The notes under the pieces were generated by a model that was given only the letters and a program-made list of their open reading frames with translations, did not search any database and was not told the origin of the DNA. A DNA stretch of 64,000 nt from Bacteroidota bacterium. GTDB taxonomy: Bacteria > Bacteroidota > Bacteroidia > Cytophagales > UBA9547. The position numbers were made by a program, and so were the translations under genes. Positions 1-10,067 of the stretch are shown here, in pieces. The stretch is from positions 19,342 to 83,341 of the forward strand of contig RDZG01000056.1 in assembly GCA_004293915.1 (NCBI GenBank), given 5' to 3'. Every line of letters begins with the position of its first letter. Positions within the stretch are counted from its first letter, which is position 1.

Positions 1-3000
1 TCCATCGCCATCTATATCGCCAATGGCCACATGAAACGGATTTGAAAGTGCAGTAGCATTTACTGGAGCTGCAAAAGTTGCATTTGTAATGGTACTCAAT
101 CCTGTAAACGTTTGTGTAAATGGAAATGTAAAATCAGTGCTTAAAGCGTTTGTTACATTTACTACTCTTGGTTTATTATAAGTAGCATTAAATGGCGCAT
201 TTACAGTCAATTGTGTTTCTGAAGCCGCTGATGGTAAGACCCTTGTATTTCCAAAATAAACTAAATTTTGTCCTACAGTCGAACCAAAGTTATTTCCATT
301 GATCACTATGCTTTGTCCTTGAGCTGCTTTTAGCGGAATGATAGAAGTAATAGTTGGATATGGGAAAGCAGTCAATGTTAAAACTTGAGCGGAAACTGCC
401 AAACCGCCAGTAAGATTAGCAACTGTCAAAACCGAATTTATGGCATTTGCAGGAACTCTAAAGGTAAAACTTGTAGCATTTGCACCCAAAATGGTAATTG
501 GCTGAGCATTAGTTAAACTCAAATGCGAGGAAGTCTGCAAACCAACACCCGAAACGGTAACAATAGAAACTCCCGCAACGGCTGGATTAGGAGCAAAGCC
601 TGTAATAGTGGCTGGTTCTGAAATTTGGTTTCTCCAAATGAATATATAACCACTGGTATTAAATTGAAATACTTCTGGACGACCATCACCCGTAAAATCA
701 GCCAAATGCGGAAAACCTTGTGTGCTGAAAATTGGAAATCCTACACTTTGACTAAAAGAATTTTGATTAATACCAGATGCAGAAGAAATATTACGATAAA
801 CACGGATATCGCTTGTCCAAGAATTCATTCCAACAACATCTATTTTGCCGTTTCCATCCACATCTCCTACATCTATTCCAAAATAATAGACCGATGGTGT
901 ATTGACAAAATTAAAAACAGTGCCAGAAATGCTTGTTAAAGTAGAAGTATTTCTAAAAAATCTCAAATCAGAAGTAGAACCTGCTTGATGCGCAAATGCC
1001 AAATCACGTTTGCCATCGTTGTCAAAATCTGCTGCCTTTATGGAAGTAGAACCACCAATACCAGAATTAAAAATGGTAGGAGTTGCAAAATCTAAAAATC
1101 CAGCTTGACTTTGGTTTCTAAAAATATTAATGTTATTAAAACTTTGATTTGTGATTATTGTAATTTCAGGATAATTATCGCCAGTCAAATCTGCTATCTC
1201 AAAATCATTGGGTTGTACTGAAGCTAAATTTACTAAAGTATAATTTTCTGTAAACGAATTTCCGGTAATAGTGCCTTGCAAACCAGCATTTCTATAAATG
1301 GTAACTCGATTAGAACCCGTAATTATTTCATTTAAAATAATATCAATATAGCCATCCAAATCAATATCACTTGCACCAATGCTTCTATTGGTACTCGATG
1401 CAGAAGTAACGATACTAACACTTGGAGCAAAAGCAATATTTCCAATGCCAGAACTTATGTTTCGTAGAATTACAAATGAATTTGAAGACTGGTTTCCAAC
1501 TATGATATCTAATCTACCATCATTATCAATATCCGCAGTAGCTACATCAAACGGACTTACGAAAGTGTTAAAAGTAGAAGGCACAAAGGAAGTCCCCGCC
1601 AAAGTTCCATTTATAGAAGTATTGCGATACACTTTTACTTGTGAATTGTAAGCAATCACGATATCATTTCTTCCATCGCCATCAAAATCTGCAGCCGAAC
1701 TAGATTGTCCGCCATTACCATCATTAATATCAAAACGAGGAGCAAAAGTATTGCCATTAATCGTGTTTGCTCCTGCAAAAGTTAAAGATGGAATTTGCAA
1801 ATAATTTGCTCCTGTGAGCGAATTTCCATTGTCTCGGTTCAATAAAGTTAAAGCATCGTAAGTAGCTCCAGCAGGAATAGAAGCAGTTACGTTGGTGGTG
1901 CTTGCACCTGTAACGGTAGCTCGCATAGCACCAAAATAAACCACATTATTGGCTGCTGTGGCACTAAAGTTTGTTCCATTGATAGAAACCGAATTACCGA
2001 CACTATTATATATGGGTGCAATTCCCGAAATACTTGGATAAGGATAAGAGCTTGAAATCGTAAAAGTTCCTGTACTTGTTCCAGTAAATCCAAAGCCATT
2101 TTGAGCTATAATTTGTCCTGTTGTTGCACTTGCTGGCAATCTAAAAACCAAGGTGTTATTATTAGCTGAAATAATACTTTGCGTTACTCCACCACCAATA
2201 GAAATGCGAGAAACTGAAGCCAATGCTTCGCCTGTGAGTGTTACTCTGTCTACACCCGCTTGACCAGAAGTCGGACTAAAACCTGTAATAGTTGGAGCGG
2301 GAGATGAGAGGTTTTTGAATAAGCCAATTAAGCCTGAATTATACTGAGGCACAATCATTTCAGGTTTTCCGTCTCCATCTATGTCGCCAAGTGTGTGGTA
2401 GCGGTTATTGGTATTAAATGTTTGAAAATCAATTTTAGAGGCAAAAGAAGTTGAATTTATTACTCCTAGAGTAGCTGTATTTCTCAAAACAGAGATATTT
2501 TGAGTTCCCATAGGTGCAGAAGTAATATCCAATTTGCCATCGCCATCAATATCTATAATTGTAACTTGTTCTGTGTTGTTGCTTACCGTAAAATCTTGTT
2601 TGGCACCAAATGAACCGTTTGTTATTGTATTTACAACCCCTAAATTTCTATAAACAGACACAAAAGATGAACGGCAAGAAATTAAATCCAAATTATTATC
2701 TCCATCTATATCTGCAAATTTTACATCATAAGAAAGATTTGAATTCGAAAAGTAGGTAACAGGCGAGAAAATTATATTACCACCGCTGCTCGTATTTCTA
2801 AACACACTTATTCTGAATTGATTTTCAGAACTTACCGCTACATCAGGTAAACCATCTTTATCTATATCGCCTACTGCAATGCCATATGCAGAGAAATCGC
2901 AAGGAAAATCCTGCTTAGATCCAAATGAGCTACTTGTGATTGTTCCCGTGATATTATTATTTCTAAAGACTGAGAAGTAATTTTGACTATAATTGGATAT

Positions 3001-6000
3001 TAATATATCTAAAGCACCGTCTTTGTTCAAATCAGCTAACTCCACAGCGCTTGGATTTGTAGAAGTACCAGTGCTAAAATCTACTTTTGCCGAAAAATTA
3101 ATATTCCCTAACGTTGATATATTTCTAAAAACTGAAATAGTATTACTGCCATAATTGACAACCACAACATCTAATCGTCCGTCACCATCGATATCGCCTG
3201 TCGAAATTTTATAAACAGTAGAGCCAGTTGTAAAATTTTGACGAGATGCAAATTGTGTGGCTAAATTTGAACCAGTTCCAGTACTTCTATATACTGAAAA
3301 GGTATTTAGCCAATAATTTACCGAAAGCATATCATTTCTACCATCGCCATCTAAATCAGCTAAAATAGTTTGATGAACATTGGTCTCAGCTGCTATATCT
3401 ACTCTAGGTGCAAAAGTAGCTCCAGTTATTGTTCCAGAACTTGGAAAAGTGGTAACAAATGGTTTAAAACTCTCCCCTACTAAACCAGTCAATAGATTAG
3501 TAACTCGAACAGCTTCAAAAGTTGCTCCCGATGGCACATTTACATTAAGCGAAGTTGAACTAGCACCCGTAACGGTTGCAGTCATCGCTCCAAAATTCAC
3601 TTTATTATTGGCAGGATTTGTGTCAAAGCCAGTTCCTGTAATCACCACAGAACTGCCAACAGAGGCAATATAAGGCGTAATATTTGTTATTCTTGGGATT
3701 GGAGCAGCTCCTGTAACCGTAAAATCTGCACTAGATAAGCCAACTGTTCCAAAAGAGTTAGCAATACCTATTTTTCCAGAAATGGTAGAATTAGGAACTC
3801 TTAATATAAGTGTAGTTGAATTAACGAGTGTGTAAGTTGCAGGATTATTTGCCAAAGTTACACCACTTACACTTGTAAATCCACTTCCAGAAACAGTTAC
3901 AAAAGTTGCTAACGCCAAACCACTCGTTGGAGTAAAACCAGTGATAGTAGGCACTATGCCATTACCAATTTGGTTTTTGTAAACTGTTATTCCGTTTGAA
4001 CCATTATTATTTGCAGTAATAATTTCTTGTTTGCCATCCAAATCTAAATCGCACAATTCAATTCCAAATGACTGAGAACCATTGTTAGTAAAATCCAATC
4101 TATTAAAATGCGAAGTTGAAATATTTCCAGAAGTATAATTATTTTTAAATACCGAATAATTTGACGTAGATCTATAACCTAAAACAATTTCTGGTTTACC
4201 ATCTCCATCCAAATCGCCAGCATGAATAGCGGCAGGATTACCATTGGACATAGTTGGTAAATCAGTTCTGATAAAATTAGAAGCTGTGATTGAGCCAACA
4301 TTTGCGTTGTTTTGAAATATAGAAATTTGATTTACAGTATTAAAATTTGAGGCAATAATGTCAGGTTTTCCATCGTTGTTTAAATCCGAAAATGTAATTC
4401 CATAAGTTTGACTTGTAGTTTGCAAATCTACACTTGGAGCAAAAGAAGCGGCATTTAATCCCCCAACTGTACTTATATTTCTATAAATTGAAACATAATT
4501 ATTACCCTCAAATCCTAAAATTATATCTTTTTTTCTATCACCATCAATATCCGTAATTTGGATAAAACTTGGTGAAGAATAATTGGTAGGAATATTTACG
4601 AGTGTTTGAAATCCTTGTGCGTTTAATAGTCCATTTCCCAAATTTCTATAAAGTTGGAGTTGGTTACTTCCACAAAAAATTAAATCATTAAAGCCATCAT
4701 TATCAATATCTGCAATGGCAGAACCTTTGGTAAGATAACTTCCAGATGAGATGCTATTTTGACTTCCAAAGCTGGCTGTTGTCAAAGTGGTAAGCGTACT
4801 ATTATTTTTGAATATTGAAAAAAATAAAGAGTTTTCAGAAGGAACTACAATTTCAGGTTTTCCATCGCCATCTAAATCTCCTAAGCTTGTTTGAAAGGCA
4901 TAAAAATAACTAGTTGATAATGAAAATGGTGCTGAAAAACTGGTTCCATTTATCGTGTTGTTGATAGCATTATTCCTAATAATGGAAATATTATTAGTAT
5001 TGTAATTATAATTTGTAGCAATTAAGTCCGGTTTTCCATCGCCATCCAAATCATGCGAAATTACATTGTAAGGTATAATGCCCGTGTTAAAACTAGCATT
5101 ATTTGTAAACGAACCATTCGTAAGATTACCGCCAGAAAATAAATATCCAAATGGCAATTTCCATTGGTCGTTCAATCCAAATGAATTTTGATAGGTAATT
5201 TTTGAAGATGATGCTCCGCCAGTTACCGAAACCGTCATTTGATTGGCACTTGCTGCAATTACTGGCATTTTTGTCGCTCCAAACCAAATATTATTTAGAT
5301 TTGGCGTAGCATCAAAACCACTTCCTTGCACAATCACACTTGCTCCTAAGGCTGCATTAATTGGAGAAACACTTGTGATATTTGCAAAAGGAGTAACGCC
5401 AGTAATAATAAATGTTCCAGCACTTGTGGCTTGCGTTCCCGAATTATTAACCAATATAATTTGATTAGAAGTTGCTCCCGCAGGTATTCTGACTACAATT
5501 GAATTGAGATTTTTTTCAATAATAGTTCCACCTGTTATAGTACCCATACGCACTTGTGATACATTAGCAAAATTGCTCCCAGTAAGTGTAACTCTACTCA
5601 AAGGCAAACCAGAAGTAGGTGTAAAACCTGTGATGGAAGCGGGGTCGGTAAGTAGATTTTCGAAAATAGAAAACAATGAAGTTGAATACCTACCTATTAC
5701 TACTTCAGGTTTTCCATCGCCATTCAAATCTCCTACCGCTGGGGTAACAGGAGAGTTAGGAACAGAAAAATCTACTTTTGTTGCAAATGAAGAACCATTT
5801 ATAGTACCTAATGTAGCCGAATTTGATAGTATAGACATTGTAGATGAATTCAAATTAGCAACTGCTATATCTAATTTTCCATCACCATTTATGTCTCCAA
5901 CAGATAATTTGTAGGGAGTTGTTCCGACAGTAAAATCTGTTTTTTCATTGAAATGTGTTCCTAAAATTGAGCCAGATGTATATTTATTTCTAACAACAGA

Positions 6001-8361
6001 TATTGTGTTGGTGCTATAATTTGCAGCTACTAAATCCATTTTACCATCGCCATCAATATCCGCTTTTTTTACAGAAACCGATATAGTACCTATTGGGCTT
6101 GAAATAGGTGTATTTAAAGAACTAGCGTTAATAAAACCATTAGAAGAAATATTTTCAAATATCGTTAAGTATGACTGACCAAAGTTGGCAGTGATAATAT
6201 CCAATTTACCATCGTTGTTCAAATCTGCCAATTCTACATCATAAGGATTTGTACCACTTCCAATGCCATAAGTTACTGCAGTTGCAAAAGATGAGGCAGT
6301 TATTGTACCTGTAGTACCAATATTTTTATAAATCTGTAAATTATTGGTACTATTATTTGCAGCTACCAAATCAAGTCTGCCATCTCTATCAATATCACCT
6401 ACTGCTAAACCATATACATTAGAAGTTGTAGGTATATTTACTTGTACAAAACTTGCAGCACTAAGCGTTCCTGAGCTGTGTATATTTTTAAGGATAGTAA
6501 TAAAAGTACTACCAAAATTAGAAACAACGATATCTAATTTGCCATCATTATCGATATCTACAATTTCAACATCGTAAGGGTTTGCACCTACTGATAATGA
6601 AAAAGTTGAATTAAAATCAGTTCCAGTAAGCGAACCATTAGTAGTATTAATGTTTACCAATAAAGTAGAGCTTGTATATCGAGCAGAAATCAATTCAGGT
6701 TTACCATTTCCATCCAAATCTCCTAAAGCAGTTATATAAGAGTTTGTACTTGACGAAGGTGTGATTGGTGTGGCAAATGTGCCAGTGCCAATTATTGCAG
6801 CACCTAAAAAAGTTGTAACAAAGGGTGAATCGTAATAAGCTTGCAATCCACTATTCAAATTTACCAAACTTAAACTTTGATAATTTGCTCCCGCAGGTAC
6901 TCTAACAATTCCTGTTGTACTCGTATTGGAAACCACATCGGCACGTACAGCACCCAAATACACCACATTATCGCCTGAACTGGCACCAAAATTTGTACCT
7001 ACGATATTAAATGTACTATTGATTCCATCTGCATTAGGAGAAATAGAAGTAATGGTAGGTGCTGAAATAGAAGAAACTACATTTACAGGGTCTGCAAAAT
7101 CATAATCCAGATTTCCTATTGTAGTGGCTTGACGTACTCTTACAGTTTGATTTCCTAATCCCACCAAAGTAGTAACATTGACTGTAATCTTTTTTGTGAT
7201 TGAACTATAAGTAAATGGCACATTTATTCCGCCAACCGAAATCGCAGAAAGCTGATTTAAATCAGATCCTTCTATAACAAACTGTCCCCCTCGAGCTACC
7301 GATATTATACCTACAGGAGCAGAATTTGAATAAATAACTTGCAAATTTTGAGCAGAAAAGCCTGGCCCAAAACTATTAACCAGCTTGATTTTGCCAGTAA
7401 AATCTTGCCCTACATAATCCAAACCATCGGGAAGTGTGAAAGTAATAAGGTTATTAGAATTTACAGTAAGCCCAGTAATAGAAATATTATTTACAAAAAG
7501 CTGCGTTGTTCCAGTAAAATTTGTACCTGAAATGGTAACATCATCGCCAGTTCCTCCAAAACCCGATGCAGCCACTTTTGTACCCAACAAAAGTGGGTCG
7601 AAAGTAGGATTTGATGTTCCAAAATTGCTGACTTGCGGGGCATTGGGATGAATACCTACATTGTATTTGGCAGAAAGATATTCATAAACCTGATTTTGTT
7701 GCGTAGTATTTAAAGCAGCGTTGTAAATAATAAGTTCTGCAATAGAACCATTTAAAAATCCTCCAAATGAACTATAACCAATATAAAAAGTGTTGCCGCC
7801 TGCATTAATTGGCGAAGAAAAACCAAGACCTGATACCACAGTAGTATTAATACTTCCGGTAATTGAACTTAGGTCATATCTGCCAGAATAGATATAATTC
7901 GTACCAACAGTGTTTGGATATTGAATAGCGTTTAATGTAGATGCATTAAAATAAAAACTAGTATTGGTATTTCCCCCTGCGGTTTTATATAATCCATAAT
8001 TGTTTGCATCTGTTGAAAAAATACCCGCAGCATTAGTATTTGAATACCTACAAACCACAAAATAAGTTAATCGTGTAGGCGTAACCAACGAACTACTATT
8101 GTTTGTAGAAAAATAGGCAGACCCTGCAAAACTCACAACTGGCATCCCATTTATTTGATTAGTAGCCAATCTTGGCGTATTGTTTATAGAAATCGGCACA
8201 TTAAAAGGCGACTGGTCTTGCCACGCAGAAATAGCATTGCCAACTGTTGTTGTTACTCCTGCATCTGCTCTCAGCCACAAGCTAAGATTGGAAGTTGGTA
8301 TTTGACCAAAAGACACTACTAAACTAATGGTGATGACAAGTGTGGTGTATATTTTTTTCAT
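1..8361 (-). CDS. Giant secreted FG-GAP/VCBS-repeat and IPT/TIG-domain surface protein with N-terminal LamG-like domain (5' end complete; 3' end runs off the window)
   Basis: The minus-strand ATG is the reverse complement of cat at 8359-8361. The frame stays open for 2,787 codons down to position 1, and the lack of a stop probably explains its absence from the ORF track. The N-terminus MKKIYTTLVITISLVVSFGQ looks like a signal peptide. It is followed by LWLRADAGV...AWQDQS (LamG-like), repeated P[TS]ITGF[TS]PTSG Ig-like units, and dozens of Dx[DN]xDG calcium-loop motifs. Examples are GDIDGDG (reverse complement of 1-21), DLDGDGKPE and DIDNDGKLD. Confidence 0.9.
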   Translation of the reverse strand, partial: MKKIYTTLVITISLVVSFGQIPTSNLSLWLRADAGVTTTVGNAISAWQDQSPFNVPISINNTPRLATNQINGMPVVSFAGSAYFSTNNSSSLVTPTRLTYFVVCRYSNTNAAGIFSTDANNYGLYKTAGGNTNTSFYFNASTLNAIQYPNTVGTNYIYSGRYDLSSITGSINTTVVSGLGFSSPINAGGNTFYIGYSSFGGFLNGSIAELIIYNAALNTTQQNQVYEYLSAKYNVGIHPNAPQVSNFGTSNPTFDPLLLGTKVAASGFGGTGDDVTISGTNFTGTTQLFVNNISITGLTVNSNNLITFTLPDGLDYVGQDFTGKIKLVNSFGPGFSAQNLQVIYSNSAPVGIISVARGGQFVIEGSDLNQLSAISVGGINVPFTYSSITKKITVNVTTLVGLGNQTVRVRQATTIGNLDYDFADPVNVVSSISAPTITSISPNADGINSTFNIVGTNFGASSGDNVVYLGAVRADVVSNTSTTGIVRVPAGANYQSLSLVNLNSGLQAYYDSPFVTTFLGAAIIGTGTFATPITPSSSTNSYITALGDLDGNGKPELISARYTSSTLLVNINTTNGSLTGTDFNSTFSLSVGANPYDVEIVDIDNDGKLDIVVSNFGSTFITILKNIHSSGTLSAASFVQVNIPTTSNVYGLAVGDIDRDGRLDLVAANNSTNNLQIYKNIGTTGTITASSFATAVTYGIGSGTNPYDVELADLNNDGKLDIITANFGQSYLTIFENISSNGFINASSLNTPISSPIGTISVSVKKADIDGDGKMDLVAANYSTNTISVVRNKYTSGSILGTHFNEKTDFTVGTTPYKLSVGDINGDGKLDIAVANLNSSTMSILSNSATLGTINGSSFATKVDFSVPNSPVTPAVGDLNGDGKPEVVIGRYSTSLFSIFENLLTDPASITGFTPTSGLPLSRVTLTGSNFANVSQVRMGTITGGTIIEKNLNSIVVRIPAGATSNQIILVNNSGTQATSAGTFIITGVTPFANITSVSPINAALGASVIVQGSGFDATPNLNNIWFGATKMPVIAASANQMTVSVTGGASSSKITYQNSFGLNDQWKLPFGYLFSGGNLTNGSFTNNASFNTGIIPYNVISHDLDGDGKPDLIATNYNYNTNNISIIRNNAINNTINGTSFSAPFSLSTSYFYAFQTSLGDLDGDGKPEIVVPSENSLFFSIFKNNSTLTTLTTASFGSQNSISSGSYLTKGSAIADIDNDGFNDLIFCGSNQLQLYRNLGNGLLNAQGFQTLVNIPTNYSSPSFIQITDIDGDRKKDIILGFEGNNYVSIYRNISTVGGLNAASFAPSVDLQTTSQTYGITFSDLNNDGKPDIIASNFNTVNQISIFQNNANVGSITASNFIRTDLPTMSNGNPAAIHAGDLDGDGKPEIVLGYRSTSNYSVFKNNYTSGNISTSHFNRLDFTNNGSQSFGIELCDLDLDGKQEIITANNNGSNGITVYKNQIGNGIVPTITGFTPTSGLALATFVTVSGSGFTSVSGVTLANNPATYTLVNSTTLILRVPNSTISGKIGIANSFGTVGLSSADFTVTGAAPIPRITNITPYIASVGSSVVITGTGFDTNPANNKVNFGAMTATVTGASSTSLNVNVPSGATFEAVRVTNLLTGLVGESFKPFVTTFPSSGTITGATFAPRVDIAAETNVHQTILADLDGDGRNDMLSVNYWLNTFSVYRSTGTGSNLATQFASRQNFTTGSTVYKISTGDIDGDGRLDVVVVNYGSNTISVFRNISTLGNINFSAKVDFSTGTSTNPSAVELADLNKDGALDILISNYSQNYFSVFRNNNITGTITSSSFGSKQDFPCDFSAYGIAVGDIDKDGLPDVAVSSENQFRISVFRNTSSGGNIIFSPVTYFSNSNLSYDVKFADIDGDNNLDLISCRSSFVSVYRNLGVVNTITNGSFGAKQDFTVSNNTEQVTIIDIDGDGKLDITSAPMGTQNISVLRNTATLGVINSTSFASKIDFQTFNTNNRYHTLGDIDGDGKPEMIVPQYNSGLIGLFKNLSSPAPTITGFSPTSGQAGVDRVTLTGEALASVSRISIGGGVTQSIISANNNTLVFRLPASATTGQIIAQNGFGFTGTSTGTFTISSSYPYPSISGIAPIYNSVGNSVSINGTNFSATAANNVVYFGAMRATVTGASTTNVTASIPAGATYDALTLLNRDNGNSLTGANYLQIPSLTFAGANTINGNTFAPRFDINDGNGGQSSSAADFDGDGRNDIVIAYNSQVKVYRNTSINGTLAGTSFVPSTFNTFVSPFDVATADIDNDGRLDIIVGNQSSNSFVILRNISSGIGNIAFAPSVSIVTSASSTNRSIGASDIDLDGYIDIILNEIITGSNRVTIYRNAGLQGTITGNSFTENYTLVNLASVQPNDFEIADLTGDNYPEITIITNQSFNNINIFRNQSQAGFLDFATPTIFNSGIGGSTSIKAADFDNDGKRDLAFAHQAGSTSDLRFFRNTSTLTSISGTVFNFVNTPSVYYFGIDVGDVDGNGKIDVVGMNSWTSDIRVYRNISSASGINQNSFSQSVGFPIFSTQGFPHLADFTGDGRPEVFQFNTSGYIFIWRNQISEPATITGFAPNPAVAGVSIVTVSGVGLQTSSHLSLTNAQPITILGANATSFTFRVPANAINSVLTVANLTGGLAVSAQVLTLTAFPYPTITSIIPLKAAQGQSIVINGNNFGSTVGQNLVYFGNTRVLPSAASETQLTVNAPFNATYNKPRVVNVTNALSTDFTFPFTQTFTGLSTITNATFAAPVNATALSNPFHVAIGDIDGDG

Positions 8362-8686
8362 AAAACTATATGAGAAGTAAATTTCTTTGTTTTTAACTCA
8401 AACGCTGTTATCCACAACATGAGCGATTTCAAAAATAACTTATTTTTTCTTACAGTAAAAATTACAGTAAGAAAAAAGGCAAAAAAAATAACTTTAATAA
8501 ATTTTGGTTTATTTTTATGTTCAATTACAAATTCTTAAATAAGTTATAGTCAAAAATTCCTATAACTTTTATGACTTTTTAGCCTTATTTCTATGTTTAT
8601 ATTCAACTTTTCAGGGATGCTATTGAAAATCTGCTTTAAAAAATTTCCCGCTGATATGCACAGAAAAACACCGTTGATAACACAGA

Positions 8687-8941
8687 TTAAAAATCACCAT
8701 AATCTGCACAGCCCATTTTCTGGTTTCCACCAGCCGTAGGAACCGTAAGGGTAGGTACAAATTGTACCCACCCTTTAGAAAGCTCCGCGTCTCTTAATCG
8801 CATTCTTTTTATATACTGTTTGGGGTCTTTGCTATCTGTCAAAATCGCAACTACATCCTCAACTACAAAATACCATTTCTGTTCTGTTTCGCTCCAAATG
8901 GAACGAATTTGATTGCTTTCGAATAATTTTATATGTGCCAT
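8687..8941 (-). CDS. Bro-N/KilA-N-like DNA-binding domain protein, apparently C-terminally truncated
   Basis: 84-aa ORF. The N-terminal FESNQIRSIWSETEQKWYFVVEDVVAILTDSKDPKQY resembles the Bro-N-type fold of phage antirepressor-like proteins. Family members I recall are about twice this length. Confidence 0.45.
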   Translation of the reverse strand: MAHIKLFESNQIRSIWSETEQKWYFVVEDVVAILTDSKDPKQYIKRMRLRDAELSKGWVQFVPTLTVPTAGGNQKMGCADYGDF

Positions 8942-8975
8942 AATACAAATATATTATAGATAGTTGAAACCAAAA

Positions 8976-9503
8976 CTATTCTACGTATTTATTCCAAAAA
9001 TCTAATTCCCACTGAGATAGCGAGATAAAATTAGTGTTTTCTTTGAGTTGATTTTCTATACTTTGCATAATATTTTTATACATACTAATATCTGTAATCT
9101 CAGTCCAGTTTTGAAAATTACTATTTTTGAAATAAGCTAATACTCGTCCATCCAATGGCATAAGTGGCGGTTCTGTAATCAAATCTAAGCACCAAAGATA
9201 TTTTAAATATAGATTTATGATTTTTTGGCAAACACCTATTTTTAATTCTCCGAAATTTAAACTGTTGGTAAATTGTTTGCTTTCTTGATTTAAAAGTAAA
9301 ACAAGTTTGTAATTGTCTTCCTTATTGGTATTATCTAAAACCTCCATTTTTTCTAAAAATTTTTTCAGAAAGTCTTTGAATTTTTCTCTTTCTGTTTCAT
9401 TTTGAGTAAGATAAATAGGAGAATTTTTATTCCTTGTTGATAATCCAGCTTTTATAGACGAAGCAATGGCTTCACTTTTTAAGAATTTTATTTTAGGATT
9501 CAT
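8976..9503 (-). CDS. Hypothetical cytoplasmic protein (175 aa)
   Basis: Uninterrupted ORF lying 13 nt downstream of the preceding minus-strand gene. I recognise no family. Confidence 0.5.
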   Translation of the reverse strand: MNPKIKFLKSEAIASSIKAGLSTRNKNSPIYLTQNETEREKFKDFLKKFLEKMEVLDNTNKEDNYKLVLLLNQESKQFTNSLNFGELKIGVCQKIINLYLKYLWCLDLITEPPLMPLDGRVLAYFKNSNFQNWTEITDISMYKNIMQSIENQLKENTNFISLSQWELDFWNKYVE

Positions 9504-9516
9504 GTTTTTTTAGTAA

Positions 9517-10062
9517 TTATTTAATAATCGTAACATTGAAATTTTCCGTCCAATTGTTGTTTTCTTTATCTGAAATTTTAATTGTAAACGGAATAATAGA
9601 ATTTGAAGGAGTATTTGAGGATATTTTAAATAAAACTGTGGTATGACCATAGAAACTTATACTTGAAGTATATCCATATTTTTCGCTATTAGAAGCAATT
9701 TCATCATCTGATGCACTAAAAGAGCCATTATTGAAAGATATTTGAGTTGAGGGTGTTAAACCTGAAACATAGCTACTTGTTGTTGAAATTATTCCTTTTA
9801 CAGACGTTGAAGTTTTGCCACCTGTATTTTTTAAATAAATTTTCAAGTATTTGGTTTCCCCTTTGTCATCTGAAGTCATTTCAAATTTAGAAAACTCAAT
9901 CTTAGATGGTGTTTTAGCTATATTTGGGTTGGTAGTATTATTTCCAGTAATCGTTGAAGCCATGTTGTCATTTGGATTATTACGCTTCAAATCCCACTCA
10001 AATTTTTGACAAGAAAACATTGAAAGGATTAATACAGTAGATATTGAAACGGTTATTTTCAT
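9517..10062 (-). CDS. Putative lipoprotein (181 aa), Ser/Thr/Asn-rich
   Basis: The N-terminus MKITVSISTVLILSMFSC has a lipobox-like signal with a Cys. The gene sits 5 nt downstream of the 554-aa gene. Confidence 0.55.
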   Translation of the reverse strand: MKITVSISTVLILSMFSCQKFEWDLKRNNPNDNMASTITGNNTTNPNIAKTPSKIEFSKFEMTSDDKGETKYLKIYLKNTGGKTSTSVKGIISTTSSYVSGLTPSTQISFNNGSFSASDDEIASNSEKYGYTSSISFYGHTTVLFKISSNTPSNSIIPFTIKISDKENNNWTENFNVTIIK

Positions 10063-10067
10063 TTTTT

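Noticed and set aside
625-7651. Ten plus-strand ORFs of 63-136 aa from the ORF track (for example 5504-5914 and 3380-3673)
   Set aside because: All lie antisense to the uninterrupted 2,787-codon minus-strand gene. Their low-complexity Pro/Ser/Val/Thr-rich products are the expected mirror of Gly/Asp/Asn/Thr-rich repeats. I treat them as shadow ORFs.
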